Below, in pieces: positions 55,952-63,720 of a stretch of 64,000 nucleotides of DNA (the first letter of the stretch is position 1; every line of letters starts with the position of its first letter). A model generated the notes under the pieces. It did no database searches. It was not told the origin of the DNA and saw only the letters and a list, made by a program, of their open reading frames with translations. Source of the DNA: a virus; IMG/VR virus record IMGVR_UViG_3300010430_000007, positions 1-64,000 of that record; one strand, 5' to 3'. Both the position numbers and the translations under genes were made by a program.

Positions 55952-56372
55952 AATTTCCTCCTATTTTCTAAAATCAACTTTGTAGTGTTTTCAACGGTTA
56001 CAGCGTTTCAAAAACCACATGAAACGACGATTTTATCAGTTCTGCTAATTCATTCCTCTGAAATCAAAGTCAATTTTATTTTTGAATATATATTCCAACT
56101 CAGAAATCACATATACATCATCAATTTTTTGTGAAATCCATTCATTATCCAAGTCTAAAGTTTCTCTATAGAATAAATCCTTTACTTTGTCATAGTAAAT
56201 ATCTCTTCTGACTCTTCCATCAATATAACATAAAATATCTCCATCTGCAACTTGTCTAAAAACATTAATCAATTTGTTCATTTCCAACTCCTCCTCTTAT
56301 CTTCTTAACTACATTATATCATTCTATACTCTATTGTCAATACCTTTTTGAAAATAATTTAATTTATTTATA

Positions 56373-56397
56373 GAAGAAAAGAGCCGTTTAAGGCTCT
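56373..56397 (-). terminator. Intrinsic terminator ending the radical SAM operon
   Basis: AGAGCC-loop-GGCTCT plus TTTCTT. Confidence 0.75.
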
Positions 56398-56402
56398 ATC
56401 TT

Positions 56403-56816
56403 TTAATGATTATCATTGTCTATAATAATTGTATTCTTGTCATTAAAAACAATATCAATTATTGATTGTTTGTCAGAAATGTATTCGGTAATCATCCCTT
56501 TAGACCCATGGTCAATATATCCTTTTTCATACCATTCATCATCGCATTCTTTTATGATTAATTCAGCTCCAGTATAGTCCATTACAGCCTCTTTTACTAA
56601 GTCCAACATACTATCATTGTCTGAATACTCAGTGACAATGTAGCTTAACTTTTCGAGCGGACTTCTTAATGTTTCATAGCCCCACCCAAACTCTCCAAAG
56701 CTTACTTCAATCTCATCTCTAGAAAACTCTCTCATTCTGTCTGAACCAATGATAGACAAGCTGTGCATTGAACTAGAGTTTGTCTCAAATACATTTCTTC
56801 TAATTTGTTATTTCAT
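56403..56816 (-). pseudogene. FETNSSSMHSL-motif protein with TAA at codon 3
   Basis: AGGAGG SD then ATG AAA TAA CAA ATT AGA AGA AAT GTA TTT GAG ACA AAC, i.e. MK*QIRRNVFETNSSSMHSL; paralog of the next gene. Confidence 0.65.
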
Positions 56817-56824
56817 AATTCCTC

Positions 56825-57163
56825 CTAACCGAAACCGTAGTATCCAAATGCAACAACTTTATCGCCATTTTTAGTAGTATGTCTTTGCTCAAACTCTTCA
56901 TAATCTCCACCAAAATTATTATATGTTGAAAATTCATTGTCTCTTAGTAACTCTTCAATCTCATCATCGTCCAATCCTTTTACATTCTCTCCATCTTTTT
57001 TAATTTTGGAAAGCGCTTCGTCTTTTGTTATTAGTTCATCTCTCCAAGTTAATAACATCTCACCTTTTTTAAATCTTTCAAATTCCTCCTCACTTACAAT
57101 AGTTAAACTATGCATAGAACTACTGTTTGTTTCAAATACTCCAAATCTAATTTGTCTCTTCAT
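56825..57163 (-). CDS. FETNSSSMHSL-motif protein
   Basis: MKRQIRFGVFETNSSSMHSL N-terminus. Confidence 0.75.
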   Translation of the reverse strand: MKRQIRFGVFETNSSSMHSLTIVSEEEFERFKKGEMLLTWRDELITKDEALSKIKKDGENVKGLDDDEIEELLRDNEFSTYNNFGGDYEEFEQRHTTKNGDKVVAFGYYGFG

Positions 57164-58097
57164 TTCTTTCTCCCTTCACAACCTTAAACATTTCGTCAAC
57201 AGTTTTTAATAATTTATATCTACTATTAGTAGCACAAGAGTTCAGTGAAAATTCTTCTTCTACTAAATCAATATACATAGTGTGTTGTCCATCATCACCC
57301 ATATAAAATTCTTCCCATTTTTCTGTGGTAAACATTCTTCTAACATTTAGTTGTTCAATAGCCATATTATCAAAACTAACCACTTTAAACGATTCTGCTA
57401 TTTTGTGCAAATTATCGTAAATTGACTTTTGATTTAACTTGATTTTATCGTTTTCACTCTTTCTAAATTCAATACCACGTCTTACGTCTTTGTATCCTAA
57501 AATTAGTATTTTAATTCCTCTATTTGATAATTTCATAATATCTTCGTATGAATGAACCCCATTTATAACATGAATTACAAAGTTATTGGTGTTAATATTT
57601 TCTTTTTTACAGTCATTATAAAACTTGATTAATCCGTCACTATCACCATTGTAAGATATTCCAATGCCATTTAACAATCCTCTATCATGAAGTGGATATA
57701 ACTTAGAATAAATAGATTCACTTTCTCCCCACTTGTGAATGTCATAAGCATGGGATTGGTTAATTGTAATATTTGCGATTATACCTCTATTTCTACAGAA
57801 CAATAAAAAATCTTCAAATTGAGGATTTTCAAATACATTGCCTCCTCCTATAGCAAGCTCTGTTCCGGGTCTTAGAGACCATAAGAATTCTTGGTCAAAT
57901 TTTGAATTATCTCCATCTACAGTTGAATTTTCATGGCAGAATGCACATCCCAAATCACATCTGTTGGATATTTTTATGTCAATATTCTCTGGGAACTCTG
58001 CAATAAATTCATCCTCTTCGGTTTCTCTGACTTTCGTGCCGTCATCGTAAATCTTTACGTTGTAGTTGCCATTTTTATACTCGTTTAATAATTTCAT
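57147..58097 (-). CDS. Radical SAM protein
   Basis: CDLGCAFCHE (CxxxCxxC), AIGGGN, NITINQ. Confidence 0.9.
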   Translation of the reverse strand: MKLLNEYKNGNYNVKIYDDGTKVRETEEDEFIAEFPENIDIKISNRCDLGCAFCHENSTVDGDNSKFDQEFLWSLRPGTELAIGGGNVFENPQFEDFLLFCRNRGIIANITINQSHAYDIHKWGESESIYSKLYPLHDRGLLNGIGISYNGDSDGLIKFYNDCKKENINTNNFVIHVINGVHSYEDIMKLSNRGIKILILGYKDVRRGIEFRKSENDKIKLNQKSIYDNLHKIAESFKVVSFDNMAIEQLNVRRMFTTEKWEEFYMGDDGQHTMYIDLVEEEFSLNSCATNSRYKLLKTVDEMFKVVKGERNEETN

Positions 58098-58146
58098 AAT
58101 ACTCCTCCTTTTAAAATTCACCATGAAACCTATATTTCATCATAAG

Positions 58147-58857
58147 TTATTCTTCTAGTGTAATATCATCAATCATAGATTCGATAACTTTACTCATAGA
58201 TTTAATCTTTGGTGAGTAAAATCTAGAAACCTGTTCTTCACATCTTCTCTTCTCTTCATTGTTATATAAATTTGCTTCTTCTACTAATTTTTGAGTTAGT
58301 ATATAATAATTTGATAATAGTTCATATATTTCATTGTTTAAAATATGATTCGTGTCTATTTTTGCATCTTTTTCATAATTCAACAATATAGTAAACATTT
58401 CTTGAATCATAATATTAATTGATTCAATCTTCTCTTTGTCATAATGGTTGTCTATTAGCCATTCATGATTTGACAATACATCGAAAAATAAAATACCGTT
58501 ATCATTTCGTATTCTAGATTTTTCTGTCTTATGTCTATATCCCCATCTGTCATCTGGATAATACTCAACACTGCCGTTTGTTAAAAATCTCATACATGAA
58601 TTACATTTACTTCTATAGTCGTCTAATTCATTTGATTTTATTTCAGATAGCCTTTTTTTAACATATTCTTTCAATTCATCATAGGTGTTGTTTGTAAAAG
58701 AATTAAGAACCGATATATTAAAAAATGGTATTAAATAAACAATAAAAACTATTTTATAATCTTCAAATTTGACATTTTTTTCAATACATTTTTTCACTGT
58801 TAAAATCAACATAATTGATGCTATAATATATGAATATAAAATTGAACTAATTAACAT
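58147..58857 (-). CDS. Membrane-anchored hypothetical protein
   Basis: Two N-terminal TM segments and a helical C-terminus; in the telA operon. Confidence 0.6.
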   Translation of the reverse strand: MLISSILYSYIIASIMLILTVKKCIEKNVKFEDYKIVFIVYLIPFFNISVLNSFTNNTYDELKEYVKKRLSEIKSNELDDYRSKCNSCMRFLTNGSVEYYPDDRWGYRHKTEKSRIRNDNGILFFDVLSNHEWLIDNHYDKEKIESINIMIQEMFTILLNYEKDAKIDTNHILNNEIYELLSNYYILTQKLVEEANLYNNEEKRRCEEQVSRFYSPKIKSMSKVIESMIDDITLEE

Positions 58858-59470
58858 AAGTCACCTCTCCCCACTTTAAAAACAACCCTATTTCATGAAA
58901 AGTTTGAAACGGTTTTTGATTAACTGCTTCCTTGTCCTTATAACCAATTTCTTTTATGAAATGAAATTTTCCAGAAAACTGTATTTTTTCTCCTTTTTCT
59001 AGTTGCTTTACAAAATCATCTTGTTTGTCGAACGGTACTCTAATTGCTATAAAATCAATCTTTCCCCATTCATTAAGTCTTTTTACAATTATTGAATAAT
59101 TAAATCTCAACTCAATGATGTCATAAACTTCACCTTCTCCAATGACTGTTATATTCTTATTTTCTAATCTACTACTAAGATTCGAATATTCATTCAAAGA
59201 AGAACTTTTTAAATCAGATTTAAATTTTTTATAGATTTCATCCATTGATTTTATTGTGCCTTCTCCATTTTCAGTGTACGTGAAATTTATACCACTATCT
59301 TTTCTTAGGTCGAGTGGGTCTAAGTTAATAGCTTGTGTACAAACAATAATTAAGAATACTATTAAAATCTCCAATGTCAAATAATCTTTTATACACCAAT
59401 ACCCACTACTATAGTCTTTTGATTTTGTCGTCATATTTAAAAGTTCTTTTAGTCCGATTTTAATTTTCAT
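58847..59470 (-). CDS. Membrane-anchored hypothetical protein
   Basis: One TM helix and a possible OB-like C-terminus. Confidence 0.6.
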   Translation of the reverse strand: MKIKIGLKELLNMTTKSKDYSSGYWCIKDYLTLEILIVFLIIVCTQAINLDPLDLRKDSGINFTYTENGEGTIKSMDEIYKKFKSDLKSSSLNEYSNLSSRLENKNITVIGEGEVYDIIELRFNYSIIVKRLNEWGKIDFIAIRVPFDKQDDFVKQLEKGEKIQFSGKFHFIKEIGYKDKEAVNQKPFQTFHEIGLFLKWGEVTYVN

Positions 59471-60407
59471 TGTTTTCCTCCAATAATATTAATTTTAAAG
59501 AGTCAAGTTTTAACTTTTCTATATTGTCTAACTGAGCCTTACCTTGTTTTATAATATTCTTAGCCTCTTGGATTACCGCCACTGCATTTTCATTTCCTTG
59601 TAACATTTCTATTGATTTCATACTTACATCTACTAAATTCTTAGCCCCATCAACTAGTAGTTTATCTCTAAGTTGGTCTAAATAATTTAAGTCGTCAATC
59701 TTCTTTTGATGTTTAGATGTTATGGCCTGTAAGGAAATTTGCTGTTGAATTACTGGTAATACACTATCATAGGCAGAAAACATTTTTCTGTAAATTTGAT
59801 AGTTTGTCTTCTTCATGATATCAGTGTTTTCAATTGCTTGTTCTGCTACAGCTTTTTGCATTTCAAAATCCGAAATTTTTTGTCTTAAAATTGATTGCTT
59901 TTCAATATCTACCATCGTTTGGCCTTCGCTCTTAATCATATCTTTGAGTTGTTCTTTAGCTACGTCAATGTGCGTATTTAAGCCTTCTACTGTGTCCAAA
60001 CAGTCTTTTTTAATTGTATTAAGAACATTATTTACAGTCTCTAGTTCATTCTCCCATTGTTTAATTGTGGCATAGCTAGAACGCATCTCGCTTGCAATAT
60101 TGGTGTACTTGTTAACCAATTGATTTGTTTTTCCAGAAATATTTGCTATAAACTTTTTTATTCCTTTGGCATTTTGATTTAATTTCACGATTTCGTTAGT
60201 GTCAATCTTCTTCATTACTTTTTCTAAATTCTTTACAATATCGTTGTCGCTAGAACTTGATTCAATAATATTCATTACTTGTTCACTTGAATTTCTAACC
60301 GAATCATTTAGTTCTCTTCCAAACTGAACTATGCTCATCGTGTCTCCAGAATTTATTGCAATCTGTAAATCGTTTTTAGTTTTGTCATATAATACTACAG
60401 TGTTCAT
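59460..60407 (-). CDS. Toxic anion resistance (TelA/YaaN)-like coiled-coil protein
   Basis: Helical protein with SIVQFG, KGIKKF, LVNKYTNI, ISDFEMQKAVAEQ and LPVIQQQI, matching the TelA pattern. Promoter -35 at 60457. Confidence 0.65.
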   Translation of the reverse strand: MNTVVLYDKTKNDLQIAINSGDTMSIVQFGRELNDSVRNSSEQVMNIIESSSSDNDIVKNLEKVMKKIDTNEIVKLNQNAKGIKKFIANISGKTNQLVNKYTNIASEMRSSYATIKQWENELETVNNVLNTIKKDCLDTVEGLNTHIDVAKEQLKDMIKSEGQTMVDIEKQSILRQKISDFEMQKAVAEQAIENTDIMKKTNYQIYRKMFSAYDSVLPVIQQQISLQAITSKHQKKIDDLNYLDQLRDKLLVDGAKNLVDVSMKSIEMLQGNENAVAVIQEAKNIIKQGKAQLDNIEKLKLDSLKLILLEENNEN

Positions 60408-60479
60408 ATGTAATTCCTCCTCTATTTTTCTTAATATTATCATAATATAATAAATTTGTCAAGTAGCTGGTATAAAATA

Positions 60480-60835
60480 ATTTGTGTTCAGTGGTCATTT
60501 TGTCCTGCTGTTATAGAGCTCGTGTTCTACAACCTAGTGATACCAACGTTTTCAGAAGCACTACTTCTTTGGCTGTTATAGTGTGGTGCGAAATTTCTAA
60601 TCGTGTTAAGTGAAATTTGCTCGCTCTCAAATAAATTTCTGTTACGGAAGTCAACAACGTCAGAACTAAATCTGTTACGTGAGACTATTCACAACTTTGA
60701 ATAAGTTTTCAAAATCTCAGTGATGAAAATTAGCTGGTGTTCTATAAGCTAAAAACGTCAGACTTCGAACTGTTACCGAAACCTAGTAATTGCAACGCGT
60801 TGCCCATGGTTATTTTTCGAATCTGTTACCGTGAG
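60480..60835 (-). ncRNA. Candidate promoter-driven non-coding RNA or iterated binding-site array
   Basis: Ten same-orientation [C/G]TGTT[A/C] cores and no ORF; promoter TTGATA-17-TG.GATAAT at about 60840-60868. Confidence 0.45.
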
Positions 60836-60942
60836 CCATATTATCACATCCACCACAATAAATATCAATACTCATAAATATTCATACATATAAACATTTA
60901 CATGTATCTATGAATACAATTTCGACTCATATTGATGATTAT

Positions 60943-61164
60943 CTAATCGCCTGCATGAAGTAACTCAGACATTTTGCTCATGTGAACTCTAATCTCTTGA
61001 AGCTCCTCAATCCAATCACGTACATTATCATACGTAATCTCTTGATTGTTTCTCATTAGCCTATGCATTTCTGGACTCATATGGTTAACTATCTTTTGGT
61101 TAACCTTAAATATCTCTTGTGTAATCTCTTGTAATTCTTCCTTAGTAAATACTGTAACTTTCAT
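60943..61164 (-). CDS. Hypothetical protein
   Basis: 73 aa with SD GGAGGG. Confidence 0.65.
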   Translation of the reverse strand: MKVTVFTKEELQEITQEIFKVNQKIVNHMSPEMHRLMRNNQEITYDNVRDWIEELQEIRVHMSKMSELLHAGD

Positions 61165-61353
61165 CTCATACCCTCCATATCTTTATATTATACTCTCTAA
61201 CAATTCTTACTATCTACTCTAATCAACTACCGCTTTAAACTCGCTACCTTACAACTCAATTTCTAGCCCTATAACACCACTGCGTAATCTATTCTATTAT
61301 TCCGCTTTGGTGTAGTGTTGGCGGTAAAATGGTGATTGTCTTGTGTGACGTGG

Positions 61354-63720
61354 CTATTTATCAATAACCACAATCACAGTTTTAATTTTTGTATGACTAA
61401 ATTGGTCGTCATTATTATACCATTCAGCACAATTATTATCAATAAACGCTCTGAAATCTTGACTCTCCTTGTCATTTGCAAAAGTCCAATGTGGTGACAT
61501 AATCGCAACAAGTCTACCACCTTCTTCTAGTAATTCATAGGCGTGTAATACATGTTTGATGTCTTGATTTTTGCTAAAAGGCGGATTCATTAAAACCTTA
61601 TTAAACTTAATGTTAGTTTCATACTCTAAGAAGTCACCATTATTTACACTATAACCACTATCTTTTAGATACTCACAAAACTCATATGAATACTCACAAC
61701 AAGTTATGTTTTCTTTGCTTGTAATATACGCTATTTTATCGGCAATATTTCCAAGTCCAGCAGACGGCTCAAGAACGGTGTCGCCATCATTTAAATTTGC
61801 ATAGTCAATCATCTTATCAACTAATGAGTCGGGCGTAAAATGAACGTCACCTTTTTGACTCGATTGCTCAAGTTGCTGTCTTTTTAATTTTCTTTGAGCC
61901 TGTGCTTTTGCTTCTGGGTTATCAATATATTCAAGAATCATTTTATAAATATAAACTAATTCAATCAATTCAGATTTATTATTGATTCCTTTTTGTTGTA
62001 ATTTCTTGATTCTTTTTTTCTGGTCATCATTAAACCACTCTGCGTTTGATGGGCTTACTGTTGGATATTCCAAAGTACCTCTATTATCAGAATACATATA
62101 TCTTTGAGTTAGCTCTCTGAATGATGACACAATGAATAATTTAATCTTTGGGTTATAGTCACCACTGATTAATTTTTCTTTGATGTATATTAACACATTT
62201 TTATCATCTTCAAGCACCTCAATTTTTCGCACCCTTTCCGCTTGTTCTCTCATTCTTTTTGGTGTGTTTGTTAAATAATCACCACTTAAAGCATTGATTT
62301 TTTTATCAAGTGAGGCAATTTGTTTTTCAATTTGGGCAAGTTCTTTTGTGTTATCGTCAACTTTTACTTTTGTTTCTTTTTTCTTTACTTCATCTTGAAT
62401 AATTTCAGAAGATTGAAGAGACTCTACGAAGCCTCTTTTTTCTTCTGTATCTTTAGTGTACCATATTTTATTAACTCTGTGCCATCTAAAACCATTATCT
62501 TTCAACTGCTTTCTAACTTCTTCCGAAGGCTTGCCAGTGAATGAAAGTTCAATACCATTTTTTTCATCGTTGAAATTAACTGTCATTTCTAAATCATTAT
62601 TATCTGATTCAGTTTTTAAGCTTGTTTTAACTGATTCTTTTTTAGTTGACTTTTGAGGCTTCGCAGTTTCCCACGCTTCATATTCTTCTATGATTTCCTC
62701 GTCAATAATATCACATGCAACAATAGCACCTTTTGAAATCCATTGGTTTAATCTTTCAATATCTCCAGTGAATCTATTTGAGCGTGTAGCACTACCAGTT
62801 AACATTTTTGTTAATTTTCCGTTCATTTTGAAAGCTCTATCAAATCCTAGTTCATTGTCTAATTTATAAATGAATCCACTACGACAACCATAGTTAAAAC
62901 TAGATACTAGTTTAAAATATTTAGCATCTTTCATATCTTTAACTTCTAGAAGCTCAACAACCTTTTTAACTGTTGTTTTTTTAGTCTTAATTACTTTTAC
63001 AAGTTTATCATCTTCTTGAGCTTGTAATCCTTCTTTTTCAGTTTTTTCTGTGCCGTCTCCAACAACTGTTTTTGTTGATACAATTTTATTCATCTTGTTA
63101 ATGAATTTTTCAAAACTGTCAATCAATTTTTGTTCATCAAGTGAAGGCTCTGAAGCTTTTCTGACTTGGTTTCCGTTTTCGTCGTGTTCTCCAGTCCATC
63201 TATTGCGTGATTCGTATTTCATTTCATGACAGTTATAGTCCCAAGTTAATGAGCCAAATTTATAAATACCATTGCCTTTTGCTACAACTCCGCCATCTTT
63301 TTCTATATGCCATTTTGTAGTTTTGCCAACTTCTTTCGATGTCATATAAGTAGGGTAAATATCAACTACAACTTTTCCAGCTTCAGCGGATGCATTGATT
63401 TTGTCTATCATATTTTGAGCGTTAGCTTTTTCGCCTTCACTCGCCGCGTGGTTGTCTCTAAGTGCTTCAAGTTTTGAAATCTTTGAAAAGTCTACATTTT
63501 TAGTATTTTCTATAATTTCTTTTCCGCTTTCACTTTTTGACCAAGCGTCAACAACAAGAGTAAACCCATTTTTAGTTGCAATTCCATTCCAGTATGCAGG
63601 TGAGTAATAATCTGTCATTGAGTCACTTTCGTCTGCTCTATATCCGTAAATCTTCCACCCTTGATTTTTTAATGCGTGTGCTATATTTGTTTTTGCTTTT
63701 CTTTCGTCATGATATCCCAT
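61354..63720 (-). CDS. Large multidomain (polyvalent-type) protein with a C-terminal N6-adenine methyltransferase-like domain
   Basis: C-terminal HFTP...VLEPSAGLG...MNPPF...GGRLVAI; central GIELSFTGKPSEEVRKQLKDNGFRWH...WY module. Confidence 0.8.
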   Translation of the reverse strand: MGYHDERKAKTNIAHALKNQGWKIYGYRADESDSMTDYYSPAYWNGIATKNGFTLVVDAWSKSESGKEIIENTKNVDFSKISKLEALRDNHAASEGEKANAQNMIDKINASAEAGKVVVDIYPTYMTSKEVGKTTKWHIEKDGGVVAKGNGIYKFGSLTWDYNCHEMKYESRNRWTGEHDENGNQVRKASEPSLDEQKLIDSFEKFINKMNKIVSTKTVVGDGTEKTEKEGLQAQEDDKLVKVIKTKKTTVKKVVELLEVKDMKDAKYFKLVSSFNYGCRSGFIYKLDNELGFDRAFKMNGKLTKMLTGSATRSNRFTGDIERLNQWISKGAIVACDIIDEEIIEEYEAWETAKPQKSTKKESVKTSLKTESDNNDLEMTVNFNDEKNGIELSFTGKPSEEVRKQLKDNGFRWHRVNKIWYTKDTEEKRGFVESLQSSEIIQDEVKKKETKVKVDDNTKELAQIEKQIASLDKKINALSGDYLTNTPKRMREQAERVRKIEVLEDDKNVLIYIKEKLISGDYNPKIKLFIVSSFRELTQRYMYSDNRGTLEYPTVSPSNAEWFNDDQKKRIKKLQQKGINNKSELIELVYIYKMILEYIDNPEAKAQAQRKLKRQQLEQSSQKGDVHFTPDSLVDKMIDYANLNDGDTVLEPSAGLGNIADKIAYITSKENITCCEYSYEFCEYLKDSGYSVNNGDFLEYETNIKFNKVLMNPPFSKNQDIKHVLHAYELLEEGGRLVAIMSPHWTFANDKESQDFRAFIDNNCAEWYNNDDQFSHTKIKTVIVVIDK

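Larger units (their letters stand above)
17639..56287 (-). other. Many additional short (60-140 aa) hypothetical CDSs in tight minus-strand operons
   Basis: Remaining minus-strand track ORFs have GGAGG-type SD sequences and tile the region; no family recognised. Confidence 0.6.
15914..60462 (-). promoter_or_regulatory. Further near-consensus sigma-A promoters through the accessory region
   Basis: -35 hexamers at about 15914, 16232, 22771, 27199, 29953, 30718, 33893, 35523, 37996, 40608, 42818, 45139, 48605, 49395, 51085, 51463, 56335, 60457. Each has a TAnnnT-like -10 about 17 bp downstream on the minus strand. Confidence 0.7.

Noticed and set aside
38250-58140. N-terminal extensions of track ORFs starting at ATG/GTG within or beside the palindrome (e.g. 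38260, 41612, 41995, 48101, 58124)
   Set aside because: These starts come from the repeat or its flank and lie upstream of the real SD; starts were refined where possible.
60480-60835. DnaA-box origin, TIGR array or type III toxin-antitoxin repeat
   Set aside because: No TTATCCACA boxes, no regular box C/D units or Nop-domain gene, repeats too degenerate and no recognisable toxin downstream.
128-62656. All plus-strand ORFs in the track
   Set aside because: They are antisense shadows of minus-strand genes, with Ser/Phe/Ile-rich composition and no SD or plus-strand promoters.
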